The notes under the pieces: model-generated | Databases searched by the model: none | What the model saw: only the letters and a program-made list of their open reading frames with translations | What the model was told of the DNA's origin: nothing | Position numbers and translations under genes: made by a program | NCBI GenBank assembly: GCA_040756875.1 | Contig: JBFLYH010000003.1 | Span: 224,001 to 288,000 of the forward strand | Length of the DNA stretch: 64,000 bases | Reading direction: 5' to 3' | Source: a candidate division FCPU426 bacterium | GTDB lineage: Bacteria; Oederibacteriota; JAAXVQ01; JAUVAV01 | Shown here: positions 1-9,928 of the stretch, piece after piece | How the letters are laid out: each line of letters opens with the position of its first letter | Numbering within the stretch: position 1 is the first letter of the stretch

Positions 1-147
1 GGCGGTTGGCGCCGGTTCGGCTGCCGGAGCCGCAACCGCCGCCGGTTCGGCCACAGGCGCCGCTTCGGCGGCCTGGGACTCACGGGCACCCCAGCAGAAC
101 AGCATTCCTGCGATCAACCCCATCACCCCTGCGTACCGCATTGGCAT
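1..147 (-). CDS. Partial (5' end) secreted protein, Ala/Pro-rich N-terminus; runs off the window
   Basis: RBS GGGGAGGT then ATG at 147; reads MPMRYAGVMGLIAGMLFCWGARESQAAEAAPVAEPAAVAAP with no stop to position 1; signal-peptide-like. Not in ORF track. Confidence 0.7.
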   Translation of the reverse strand, partial: MPMRYAGVMGLIAGMLFCWGARESQAAEAAPVAEPAAVAAPAAEPAPTA

Positions 148-327
148 GTACGACCTCCCCCGGTATGATTTATCACTATTTTAGGCTAAGCCACAGGCCT
201 TGTCCAGCCGCGATCTTGGAAACTGGGACGTTAAAAAGGAAGTTGTACTTTCATTCGGCTCGGTTACAATAATGGACCCAGGCAGCCTGCAGAATGCGGT
301 CAGGAACCTGCCCACGCCGGGCGGCGC

Positions 328-1302
328 TTGATCCGCCTCCGGCTTGCCCACTCTGTTCCAGGGGAACGAAAACCCTTGAACCCGAACCAGCCTGTGCCCT
401 TGAAGCCCCATGATTACACCAGCCTCGGTTACCTCGGGCTGGTGAGTCTGGCGCTGGTTTTTTTCGGCAGCCGCCTGCCTGACAGGAACTGGCTCCTGGC
501 CGGATACCTGGGATACGCGGCGGTCATCCTGCTGCTGGTTTGGCTCGCGGCCCGCTTTCCCCGCAACCGCTGGGCAGCCTTCTTCCGCCTGGGATATCCC
601 CTGCTGGCCATCTTGTTTCTCTACCGGGGCATCGAAGGCCATGTGCTGCTGTGGCACGGGCAATTCCTGGACGCCCAGGTGGCGGAATGGGAACGAAGCG
701 TGCTGGGAGCGTATCCCAACTTGGCGCTCGAATCCCTGGTTTCGCGGCCGCTGACCGAAGTGCTGAAGTTTTCCTACTTCAGTTATTATTTTTACATCGC
801 GCTTCCGCCTTTGCTGCTTTTTTTCCTTCACCGCGAAACCGAAATGGAAATTTTCATCTTTACCGCCAGCCTGACTTTTTACGTCTCCTTCGTGGGCTTT
901 GTGCTGGTGCCCCTGGAGGGACCCCGGTATTATTTCGCCCAGCAGTTCCGCATTCCCCACCTGGAAGGATACTTCTTTTCCCCGCTGCAGGACTGGCTCA
1001 TGTCCAGGGCCGCGGCGCGCGGCGCCTGTTTCCCTTCCTCGCATCTGGCCGTGGCGTGGGTCTCGCTTTTCTTGGTGCGGCGGTTCTTCGGTTCCCGGCC
1101 TTTCTGGCTGATTCTGCCGCTCACCGTGGGCATGACTTTCGCCATCGTTTACAACCGTTATCACTATGCTGTTGACGCCGTGGCCGGCCTGTTCGTGGGC
1201 TGGGCGTGCTGGCACCTCAGCCGCTGGCTCCTGGACCGGCTGGCCAAACGCGCGCCGCAAAACCGCAGTTTGCGGGCCAATCCCGCGGGGCAAATGCCAT
1301 GA
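328..1302 (+). CDS. PAP2-family membrane phosphatase/phosphotransferase (PAP2_3/Aur1-like); true start probably further downstream
   Basis: Multiple TM segments; motifs EGPRY, CFPSSH, RYHYAVD. Confidence 0.8.
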   Translation: MIRLRLAHSVPGERKPLNPNQPVPLKPHDYTSLGYLGLVSLALVFFGSRLPDRNWLLAGYLGYAAVILLLVWLAARFPRNRWAAFFRLGYPLLAILFLYRGIEGHVLLWHGQFLDAQVAEWERSVLGAYPNLALESLVSRPLTEVLKFSYFSYYFYIALPPLLLFFLHRETEMEIFIFTASLTFYVSFVGFVLVPLEGPRYYFAQQFRIPHLEGYFFSPLQDWLMSRAAARGACFPSSHLAVAWVSLFLVRRFFGSRPFWLILPLTVGMTFAIVYNRYHYAVDAVAGLFVGWACWHLSRWLLDRLAKRAPQNRSLRANPAGQMP

Positions 1303-1688
1303 ACCTGGTTCGCTGGGTTTATCTGCTGGCAGGCTGGATATGTTTGCTGCTGGGATTCATCGGCATCTGGGTGCCGCTGCTCCCCACCACGCCGTTCGTG
1401 CTCCTGGCCGCGTTTTGCTTTTCCCGCGGCTCGGTGCGGCTCCATCGCTGGCTGCGGGAGACCAGGCTCTTTGGCCCCGTGATCCGCGACTGGGAAGCCT
1501 GCCGCGGCATCCGCACTTCGGCCAAAATCAAGGCCACAATCATGATCGTCGCCGTGTTTACGGTCACCTTGTTGGTCACGGCCATTCCTTTGCCGGCCAA
1601 GGGCTTGCTCGTGTTGCTGGCGGTTTCCTTGCTCGCTTATTTGTGGACCCGGCCGGTCCCGGCCGTCCATCTCGGCTCCCCGGAGTAA
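1299..1688 (+). CDS. YbaN/DUF454 family inner membrane protein
   Basis: GIWVPLLPTTPFVLLAAFCFSRGS signature; ATGA overlap with the upstream gene. Confidence 0.9.
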   Translation: MNLVRWVYLLAGWICLLLGFIGIWVPLLPTTPFVLLAAFCFSRGSVRLHRWLRETRLFGPVIRDWEACRGIRTSAKIKATIMIVAVFTVTLLVTAIPLPAKGLLVLLAVSLLAYLWTRPVPAVHLGSPE

Positions 1689-1910
1689 TCCTCCCGCTGC
1701 CGCTTAAAACTTGTACCCCACCTCAATCCCCGTTTGGCTCAAATTGACTACCAGCGTGTCCCGGCCAGGGAGGGTTTACCCTGGGTGGAGCGACGCTCCG
1801 CACTACAGTTCGGAGCTCCATTCCAAATGAGCTACCCCGCTGTAAACGGCGGAATTTTCGGCAAAGGGATAAGGGATCCCATGCCATCAGCTGTGGATTC
1901 GAGGCGAAAG

Positions 1911-1947
1911 AAAAAAGGGCTCATCACTGAAGCACAGAGCCCTTTTT
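1911..1947. terminator. Bidirectional intrinsic terminator
   Basis: AAAAAAGGGCTC...GAGCCCTTTTT between convergent genes. Confidence 0.7.
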
Positions 1948-1965
1948 CGCGAATGACTCTCGCTG

Positions 1966-2295
1966 TTATCGGGCAAACCGGCGTTGGTTGTGTTTCAGGC
2001 AATATATGTTTCGGCTGGCCTGATTTTGCTTATGGTGCAGCCGGGCCCGTTCGCGCGCCGTAAAGCGTCCGTCCGCCTTCATGCGGCGCTCGGTGTGTCG
2101 GATATGAATTTGCTGTCTTTCCAGCCGCCGGTATTCGCGGGGCGCAAGCTGGCCGCTTTGCCGGCCCTGCTCGATCCTGCGCTCCTGATTGCGCTGCCTG
2201 GCGTTGACGCCCGGATCCAGGGTCCCTGCCACGGCCAACCCTGCGATCATCAGTACTCCCCCTACCGCCATCCCTGCTGTCAGCAACCTTTTCAT
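1966..2295 (-). CDS. Small secreted helical protein (VNARQxNQxxRIxQG..L..RE..RL family)
   Basis: RBS AAGGAGG, signal peptide, two internal helical repeats (GQLAPREYRRL / GRFTARERARL). Confidence 0.8.
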   Translation of the reverse strand: MKRLLTAGMAVGGVLMIAGLAVAGTLDPGVNARQRNQERRIEQGRQSGQLAPREYRRLERQQIHIRHTERRMKADGRFTARERARLHHKQNQASRNIYCLKHNQRRFAR

Positions 2296-2360
2296 GACTG
2301 CCTCCTTTAATGGTACGGACCTCCGGGTTCCGCTCTCGGCGCCGCTCTGGCGCCACTGTT

Positions 2361-2389
2361 TATAACCCCGCCGGCCGGAAAAGGTTGCA
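2361..2389 (-). promoter_or_regulatory. Possible ECF-sigma promoter for the 1966..2295 gene
   Basis: TGCAACC-N15-GGTTATA on the minus strand, about 65 nt upstream of ATG. Confidence 0.3.
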
Positions 2390-2576
2390 GCGGTTTCCGG
2401 CCCGCTGGTCGGCCCTTTTCGTCCGCCTTCTTGGCGGGGGAAGAAACCCGGGGTCTTCGGCGCCGCAGTCTAAAAACCCATAAAAACGGTCAATTATTCA
2501 TCCATCCTGCCGATAACTTCAATATATGGAAATTTGTTTCTGCGATTTCCTATAAAGACGCGCTTGGGGCGGCATA

Positions 2577-5500
2577 GTGGAAAGCAAATTTTCCGCACTT
2601 AAATCCCGGGGCCTCTCCGTTGTGCTAGCCTGGTTGGCGGCAATATGCCTTTCGCCTCCTGTTCTGGCCGCTGATTTTTGGTACGACGACCTTACCGGAA
2701 CAGCCGGTGATCAGCCGGTCGCCTGGCAAGACGAAACCGACGATAGCGCGTTTAACGCTGACATTCAGTTTTCCTGCACTTCCTCCCTGGCAGCTGTCAC
2801 CCGTACCGCCGAAGACACTTGGGGCAAAGTATTTTCGCCGGTCATGGATTGCGACGTGGATGTGTATAATATGGTGGAAGTCCGCGTAACCGGCCTTTCC
2901 GCCTCAACTACATGGAAAATCGGCATTCAGGAAAACGGCGCAGCCAATTATTGGGATCTGAATTCGTCCAGCGCGGAAACCGGCACATTTGCGTTCGATT
3001 ATGCGGCAGTCACCGGCTGGACCGGAACCCGCAGCTTTTTCGTGCAACTGACCGTCGAAGGCGGCAGCGGAGCGTTTGTTGAGATCGATTTTGTCCGCGT
3101 TTGTGACGACGCGCTCACGCCAACCCCGACCGACACACCCACATGCACACCCACGCCGACTGACACCGACACGTTCACGCCCACTCCCACGGATACAGAC
3201 ACCTATACCACCACACCTACAGACACACCTACTTATACCGCCACGCCCACGGATACCGACACTTATACTGCAACTCCCACCGACACTCCGACTTATACTG
3301 CCACGCCCACGGACACACCCACTTATACCGCCACGCCCACGGATACCGACGCTTATACTGCAACTCCCACTGATACTGACACATTTACCGCCACACCCAC
3401 AGATACGCCGACCTTCACCGCCACACCGACTGACACACCCACATTTACTGCAACGCCCACGGATACCGACACTTATACTGCAACTCCCACCGACACTCCG
3501 ACTTATACTGCCACGCCCACGGATACCGACACTTATACTGCAACTCCCACTGATACTGACACATTTACCGCCACACCCACAGATACGCCGACCTTCACCG
3601 CCACGCCCACGGACACGCCTACTTATACCGCCACGCCCACGGACACCGACACTTATACCTCAACTCCGACTGACACTCCTACGTTCACTTCCACACCGAC
3701 TGACACGCCCACTTTCACTGTCACTCCCACGGACACTGACACTTATACTGCAACTCCCACTGATACTGACACATTTACCGCCACTCCCACAGATACGCCG
3801 ACCTTCACCGCCACGCCCACGGACACGCCCACTTATACCGCCACGCCCACGGATACCGACACTTATACTGCAACTCCCACCGACACTCCGACTTATACTG
3901 CCACGCCCACGGATACCGACACTTATACTGCAACTCCCACTGATACTGACACATTTACCGCCACTCCCACAGATACGCCGACCTTCACCGCCACGCCCAC
4001 GGACACGCCCACTTATACCGCCACGCCCACGGACACGCCCACTTATACCGCCACACCCACGGACACCGACACTTATACCTCAACTCCGACTGACACTCCT
4101 ACGTTCACTTCCACACCGACTGACACGCCCACTTTCACTGTCACTCCCACGGACACTGACACTTATACTGCAACTCCCACCGATACTGACACATTTACCG
4201 CCACGCCCACGGATACGCCGACTTTCACTGCCACACCCACGGATACGCCGACTTTCACTGTTACACCCACCGACACGCCTACTTATACCGCCACTCCTAC
4301 AGATACGCCGACCTTCACCGCCACACCGACTGACACCCCCACTTTCACTGCCACGCCCACGGATACGCCGACTTTCACTGTTACACCGACCGATACCCTG
4401 ACTTTCACCGCCACACCGACAGACACACCTACATTTACTGCCACACCAACTGACACCCCCACTTTCACTGCCACGCCCACGGACACCTACACGTTCACGC
4501 CTACTCCCACGAATACGGACACGTTTACTGCAACACCCACCGACACGCCTACTTATACCGCCACTCCTACAGATACGCCGACCTTCACTGCCACACCGAC
4601 TGACACACCCACATTTACTGCCACGCCCACGGATACGCCGACTTTCACTGTTACACCGACCGATACCCTGACTTTCACCGCCACACCGACAGACACACCT
4701 ACATTTACTGCCACACCAACTGACACCCCCACTTTCACTGCCACATCCACGGATACGCCCACTGATACTGCCACACCCACGGATACGCCTACGTTCACTT
4801 TCACGCCTACCGACTCGCCTACTTATACTGTCACACCGACTGATACGCCTACGGGTACGCCCACTTTCACTGCTACACGCACGGATACGCCCACTGATAC
4901 TGCCACACCCACGGATACACCGACATTCACGGTCACGCCCACGGATTCTCCGACGTTTACTGCCACTCCCACGGGCACTGACACTTTCACATCCACTCCT
5001 ACCGACACCCCGACTAACACCGCCACACCTACGGATACTTCCACTGATACTGCCACACCCACGGACACAGTCACCTACACCGCCACACCTACCGACACGC
5101 CTACATTTACTCCCACGCCTACCGACACCCCGACCGGCACTATAACCCCAACCGACACTCTAACCGCAACCTCAACTGACACCGCCACCATGACCCAAAC
5201 ACCGACTGAAACAGCCACGGCCACGGAAACGTCGGCAGTTACCGCCACGCCCACGGACACCTTGACCGCAACGGTTACCTTTACCAGCACTCCCACGTCC
5301 ACCGCCACCAGCACGGAAACCCCGACGTCCACTGACACTCCGACGGAAACGCAAACCTTCACTTTCACGCCGACTGAAACCGCCACCGGCACTTCAAGTC
5401 CGACCGTCACTCCAACCGACACTCCGGTCGATACGGCCACTGCGACCGAATCGCCGACTCCCACCGCCACATCCACGGAGACCTCCCTCGTCACCGCCAC

Positions 5501-6269
5501 GCCTACGGACACGGCCGTGGATACGCCGACTGAATCGGCAACGCCCACCGAGACAGCGACGCAGACTTACACGCCTACGGACACTCCGACGCCGACGGTC
5601 AGTGCGACCGATACTGTCACCTTGACGATCACCCCGACCAAAACCGCCTCTCCGACCCGGACTGATTCGGCCACCGTTACCTCCACGCCGACCGAGACCG
5701 CAACCCTCGCGGGCACGTCCACCCCATCCATGACGCCGAGCATTACGGCGACTGCCACGACTTCTCCGACCGCATCGCCGTCGTACACCGTCAGCCCGTC
5801 GCCGACCGATTCTCCCGCGGTCTCCGCCACGGTGACCTCCACCGTTTCACAGACCGGCACGATAACGCCGACGCCCACCATTTCGCCGGTGGTCAGCGCC
5901 ACAAACACTCCGGTCTATACCGCCACGCCGCCTTATACGCCCGCGTCAACCCCGGTCGTGTTGTCACGGCCCGTGCAATACAGCTACCTCAGCCGGAACA
6001 GCTTCAACCCCAAGTCAGCCGCGAACAATACGCTGGCCATCTCCTTTACAGTGCCCGTTGAAACCGACGTCGTCATCGAGGTCTTCTCCGTTTCCGGCCG
6101 CCGGATCAAGGCCTTCCATGTCCCCAGCGTACCGCCGCAACTGCTTCAGTCCGTGGTCTGGGACGGCAAAGCTCAGGATGGAATCGTCGTGGCCAGCGGC
6201 CTGTATATTATTTCAATCCGCGGCTCAGGCTACCACGAAACCAAAAAGGTGGTCGTACTCACATGGTGA
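2577..6269 (+). CDS. Large secreted Thr/Pro-rich (mucin-like) protein: signal peptide, ~150-aa beta-sandwich/CBM-like domain, TATPTDTPT[FY] repeats, C-terminal FlgD-Ig/T9SS-like sorting domain
   Basis: C-terminus [44 protein letters not shown]; about 950 aa Thr/Pro-rich. Confidence 0.9.
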   Translation: MESKFSALKSRGLSVVLAWLAAICLSPPVLAADFWYDDLTGTAGDQPVAWQDETDDSAFNADIQFSCTSSLAAVTRTAEDTWGKVFSPVMDCDVDVYNMVEVRVTGLSASTTWKIGIQENGAANYWDLNSSSAETGTFAFDYAAVTGWTGTRSFFVQLTVEGGSGAFVEIDFVRVCDDALTPTPTDTPTCTPTPTDTDTFTPTPTDTDTYTTTPTDTPTYTATPTDTDTYTATPTDTPTYTATPTDTPTYTATPTDTDAYTATPTDTDTFTATPTDTPTFTATPTDTPTFTATPTDTDTYTATPTDTPTYTATPTDTDTYTATPTDTDTFTATPTDTPTFTATPTDTPTYTATPTDTDTYTSTPTDTPTFTSTPTDTPTFTVTPTDTDTYTATPTDTDTFTATPTDTPTFTATPTDTPTYTATPTDTDTYTATPTDTPTYTATPTDTDTYTATPTDTDTFTATPTDTPTFTATPTDTPTYTATPTDTPTYTATPTDTDTYTSTPTDTPTFTSTPTDTPTFTVTPTDTDTYTATPTDTDTFTATPTDTPTFTATPTDTPTFTVTPTDTPTYTATPTDTPTFTATPTDTPTFTATPTDTPTFTVTPTDTLTFTATPTDTPTFTATPTDTPTFTATPTDTYTFTPTPTNTDTFTATPTDTPTYTATPTDTPTFTATPTDTPTFTATPTDTPTFTVTPTDTLTFTATPTDTPTFTATPTDTPTFTATSTDTPTDTATPTDTPTFTFTPTDSPTYTVTPTDTPTGTPTFTATRTDTPTDTATPTDTPTFTVTPTDSPTFTATPTGTDTFTSTPTDTPTNTATPTDTSTDTATPTDTVTYTATPTDTPTFTPTPTDTPTGTITPTDTLTATSTDTATMTQTPTETATATETSAVTATPTDTLTATVTFTSTPTSTATSTETPTSTDTPTETQTFTFTPTETATGTSSPTVTPTDTPVDTATATESPTPTATSTETSLVTATPTDTAVDTPTESATPTETATQTYTPTDTPTPTVSATDTVTLTITPTKTASPTRTDSATVTSTPTETATLAGTSTPSMTPSITATATTSPTASPSYTVSPSPTDSPAVSATVTSTVSQTGTITPTPTISPVVSATNTPVYTATPPYTPASTPVVLSRPVQYSYLSRNSFNPKSAANNTLAISFTVPVETDVVIEVFSVSGRRIKAFHVPSVPPQLLQSVVWDGKAQDGIVVASGLYIISIRGSGYHETKKVVVLTW
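3117..5150 (+). repeat. Intragenic 30-bp (10-aa) tandem repeat, roughly 65 units, degenerating to ~5950
   Basis: Unit such as ACTTATACCGCCACGCCCACGGATACCGAC; 3661-3720 is identical to 4081-4140. Confidence 0.95.
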
Positions 6270-7222
6270 GCTTTCAATGCAAGGATTGTTTGCGGTTACT
6301 GGTGATCGTTTGCCTGCTTTCGGCTTATCCGTGCACCAGCCGGGCTGGCGGCCAGGGGACCAGCAGCGCGGAATTCCTGCGCATCCCTTCCGGCGCCCGG
6401 CCGGCCGGCATGGGAGGAGCTTATACGGCCATTGCGGACGACGCGGGCGCAGTGGTATGGAATCCCGCCGGACTGGCTTTAATCCGGGGCGGCAACCTGA
6501 CGCTGATGCATTTGCAGTGGTTCGCTGACACCAATTACGAATCCGTCGCCTATGCTCAGAGCATTGCCGACGGTGAGGGGCTGGGGTTCAACGTGGCTTA
6601 TTTTTGGATCCCGGATTTCAACAGTACCCGCAATGAAAACGGCGTCCTGCTCGACTCCCAGCCAGGACGCATGCGGGATTTGGCGGCTGCCATGGGATAC
6701 GGAAAGAACCTCGGGTGGGTGTCCTTGCTGGGGGGGCAAACCCGCGTGGGCGGGACCGTCAAACTGATTTCGCGCACGTTGATGGAGGAAAGCCGGCAAA
6801 GTGTCCTGTTCGACGGCGGGGTGGCGGTCACTTCCGATGATCAGTTGACTGTTTCCCTGGTCATGCAGAACCTGGGCCTGGAACTGGGAGGCGAGGAGCC
6901 GCCTTTCACGCTCAAACTGGGCTGCGGTTATTCGCTGCCGTTCCAAACGGCCGCCTACCGCGTCCAACTGGCGTTGGATCTCGTTAAACCCGTGGATTTC
7001 AACAATCAGGTAGACCAGCGGCTGGAATACAACCTGGGGGTCGAATGCCGGTTGTTGTCCGCTTTGGCGGTCCGGTTGGGATTTCAGGGCGGCCAGGACC
7101 TGCCCGCAGCTACTGCCGGGCTGGGCGTGCGTTTGTCAGCCCTGGAATTGAATTACGCCTTTGCCGCCTATGATTTTCTGGGCTATGCCCACACTTTCTC
7201 GCTCTCCGTCGTTTTTCCGTAA
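6263..7222 (+). CDS. PorV/PorQ-family outer membrane beta-barrel
   Basis: FLRIPSGARPAGMGGAYTAIADDAGAVVWNPAGLA motif; C-terminal LNYAF..LGYAHTFSL. Confidence 0.9.
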   Translation: MVSFQCKDCLRLLVIVCLLSAYPCTSRAGGQGTSSAEFLRIPSGARPAGMGGAYTAIADDAGAVVWNPAGLALIRGGNLTLMHLQWFADTNYESVAYAQSIADGEGLGFNVAYFWIPDFNSTRNENGVLLDSQPGRMRDLAAAMGYGKNLGWVSLLGGQTRVGGTVKLISRTLMEESRQSVLFDGGVAVTSDDQLTVSLVMQNLGLELGGEEPPFTLKLGCGYSLPFQTAAYRVQLALDLVKPVDFNNQVDQRLEYNLGVECRLLSALAVRLGFQGGQDLPAATAGLGVRLSALELNYAFAAYDFLGYAHTFSLSVVFP

Positions 7223-7247
7223 ACTCCGAACCTGTCCCCCGACTCCG

Positions 7248-9842
7248 CTACCGGATGACCGCTACTTTTATTTTGGCTTTTTCGGCCCCGCCCACGAACA
7301 CCCGCGCCAGATAGATACCCGGAGCGGTTCCGCGGCAATCCCACGTCAGCGTTTGCGGGCCGGCTGAGCCGAACGTTTCGCGCAGGGAGCCTACGCGCTC
7401 GCCGTTCAGGTTGTAGAGCTGGACCTTGACTTCGGCCGCTGCGGCCAGGGTGACCCTGAAGACGACCTGGTCCTTGGCAGGGTTGGGATACGCGCTGACT
7501 TTGCCCGCGGGTTCCGCCATGGGGGTGGCGGTCATGGTGACCGTGGCCGTGGGTGTGTAGGTCGGCGTGGCGGTCACCACCAGGGTGGGCGTAATCGTGG
7601 GTGTCACGGTGGAGGTCGGCGTGATCGTGGGTGTGGGTGATATGGTGGCCGTGGGCGTGGCGGTCGGCGCCACCACCAGCACATTGGCCGAAAGCGCCGA
7701 GGTATTGTAGCTGCTGTCCGTGGCCGAGGCGCAAACGTATTCGCCCACGGCCGCAGACAGCGGGCTCATGCTCCAGTTGCCCGCGCCGTTCGCCAGGGCA
7801 TAACCTAAAAACCGCAGGCTGCCCGTGTTGGTGCCGGCGCCCGGCGCCGCGAAAATTTCCACAAAATTATTGGCCAAAGCCGTGCCGTAAACGATGCCAT
7901 TGGCCGCGGCGCTTGTGATCACCGGCGCGGCATGGCTGCCGTTGCCGCCGGACACCAGGCCGATGGCGCCGCCTGTGGCGGCGTTGATGGTGTTCCCGAA
8001 AATACCGTTATTGAGCGTGCTGGAGCCGTTGACTTCCACGCCGTTGCCGCTGAAGCCCCGCAGCCAGTTTCCCTGCCCGGCCCCGGGCAGCCCGATCCAA
8101 TTGTCATGCGCGCCGCTGGTTAAAAGCACGCCGTCCATGATCGAAGTGCCCATGGCCGAACCGCTGGGGAACACGCCCACCCGGTTCCCCACCACGGTGT
8201 TGCCCGCACTGGCGGCGCCTATGATATAAATGCGGTCCGCAAACACGTTGTTCGCGATCAGGCTGCAGATCAGCGGATCGCCAGCATACAGGGCGGCGTT
8301 GTTGCCGTTGTTTACCACGGCCGTGCCCGCGGTATTGAGGCCGAACCAATTGCCGACAATGAGATGGTATCCATAACCTGCGGCGGTCATGCCCTGGAAG
8401 GTGTTGCCGGATATGACGTTGCGCTGGGAGGCTGAATAACCGCCGACCGTATAATGCCTTCCGCCCACATACATCCCGATGAAATTCGGCACCGCGGCGA
8501 TTCCGGCGGCATTGAGCCCCAGCGTGTTTCCCATGACGTATCCATCAGCTCCGACGTTTTCGAGGCCGGAGTTCGCATTGCCCGAAATCAAGTTCCCTAA
8601 AATATGGTTGTCGTCCGCATTGGGCAGGCCGATGTAATTGCCCTGCCCCTGCTCATCGACGCCCAGGCCGTTGGCGCGCGGAGTCAACCCGTCCGTGCCC
8701 ACGCCGATGTAGTTCCCCGCCACGGTATTGCCGAAGGATTCGCTGGTCAGATACACCCCCACGCTGGAATTGCCGGAAATCACGTTGCGGTGTCGGTAGC
8801 TGTCATTGCGATAACCGCCGATCCAATTGGCATAAGCCTGCGAAAGCACGATGCCCTGTATGTTCGGTTTGGCGAGCTGAACTCCGTCCAAGCCGAACAG
8901 GTTGTTTTGCGCGAGATTGTGGTGCGAGCCGCCGCGAATTTCCAAGCCCATGGTATTGCCGGAAATGATGTTACCGTAACCGTCCAGGGGCAGACCGACG
9001 GCGTTCAGGTAAACGGCGTCCAATTGCACGCCAATGCCGTTGGCCAGCGCTACGCTTTGATCGGCTGCCAGGCCGATGATGTTTCCGCACACCGAGTTGC
9101 CCTGGCAGCTGGCGCGCAGGCGCAGCCCAAACTGGCCGGTGTTCCCGGAAATCACGTTGCCCGCGCCGGCCAGCATGTCGCCGCCGACCAGGCTTTGGGT
9201 GCACCCATACAGATCCGCGCCGCCGAAGGCGTTGGGCACGGCCACCAGCCCGCTCCGATCCGTGCCGATATAGTTGTTTTGCAGGATCAGGCGCTGGACG
9301 CCGTTGCCGTACAGGCCGTACAGCTGGTTGCCGGAAATCACATTGCGCAGTGCGTCACCTGGAGCGCCGATCAGATTGTTCGGCCCGGAAATGTTGAGGC
9401 CCATGTTGTTGCCCCGGCCGATATTGCCTTCCCAGTCCGTGCCGATCGAGCAGCCCACCACGGTGTTGCCGCCGCTGGCCAGCCACAGGCCGTTGTTGCC
9501 GCTGACCAGGGCAAAGCCGTGAACCAGGCTGCCGCCGCTGCCCGCTTCAAAGGAAAGCAGCGTGACCGCCGTGGTCAGCGCACCCAGGGTGACGCCTTGG
9601 CCTTCGAGAATCACGGGGTCCGTAATCTGCAACACCGAGTGCACGGTGATGGAATCGGAGACTCCCACGATGATCGTATCCTGGCCCGGAGCGGCATTGG
9701 CCGCGACAATGGCTTCACGGAGGGTGTTGGCCCCGGAATCCAGCGGGCTGGTCACCAGAATCGGCGTAGCCGCGGCAGCCCAGGATGACAGGCCGCATAA
9801 CCCCGCGGCCAGCAATCCACAAATAATTTGGTGTTTTTTCAT
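7248..9842 (-). CDS. Secreted parallel beta-helix repeat protein with Thr/Pro linker and T9SS type A-like C-terminal domain
   Basis: MKKHQ signal peptide; VTSPLDSGANTLREAI; repeated NVISGN / GNYIG; AYPNP..YNLNGE..APGIY. Confidence 0.9.
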   Translation of the reverse strand: MKKHQIICGLLAAGLCGLSSWAAAATPILVTSPLDSGANTLREAIVAANAAPGQDTIIVGVSDSITVHSVLQITDPVILEGQGVTLGALTTAVTLLSFEAGSGGSLVHGFALVSGNNGLWLASGGNTVVGCSIGTDWEGNIGRGNNMGLNISGPNNLIGAPGDALRNVISGNQLYGLYGNGVQRLILQNNYIGTDRSGLVAVPNAFGGADLYGCTQSLVGGDMLAGAGNVISGNTGQFGLRLRASCQGNSVCGNIIGLAADQSVALANGIGVQLDAVYLNAVGLPLDGYGNIISGNTMGLEIRGGSHHNLAQNNLFGLDGVQLAKPNIQGIVLSQAYANWIGGYRNDSYRHRNVISGNSSVGVYLTSESFGNTVAGNYIGVGTDGLTPRANGLGVDEQGQGNYIGLPNADDNHILGNLISGNANSGLENVGADGYVMGNTLGLNAAGIAAVPNFIGMYVGGRHYTVGGYSASQRNVISGNTFQGMTAAGYGYHLIVGNWFGLNTAGTAVVNNGNNAALYAGDPLICSLIANNVFADRIYIIGAASAGNTVVGNRVGVFPSGSAMGTSIMDGVLLTSGAHDNWIGLPGAGQGNWLRGFSGNGVEVNGSSTLNNGIFGNTINAATGGAIGLVSGGNGSHAAPVITSAAANGIVYGTALANNFVEIFAAPGAGTNTGSLRFLGYALANGAGNWSMSPLSAAVGEYVCASATDSSYNTSALSANVLVVAPTATPTATISPTPTITPTSTVTPTITPTLVVTATPTYTPTATVTMTATPMAEPAGKVSAYPNPAKDQVVFRVTLAAAAEVKVQLYNLNGERVGSLRETFGSAGPQTLTWDCRGTAPGIYLARVFVGGAEKAKIKVAVIR

Positions 9843-9928
9843 TTTAAACCCCTCCAGACCAGGAATGTCCTTCATTATATGTCATTTCCGAATTCTCGAG
9901 CGGGGAATTTGCATAAATCCTTGTTTCA

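Noticed and set aside
181-1293. 370-aa minus-strand ORF and similar long antisense ORFs (8604..9788, 9950..10981, 49645..50760, 56924..58282)
   Set aside because: Antisense to well-supported genes; expected in GC-rich DNA; no motifs
3117-5150. 30-bp periodic repeat as a CRISPR or non-coding array
   Set aside because: No unique spacers; variation is mostly synonymous within an open reading frame
2999-5908. Val/Gly-rich minus-strand ORFs and the 441-aa Pro/Arg ORF (3076..4401)
   Set aside because: Shadow frames of the Thr/Pro repeat gene
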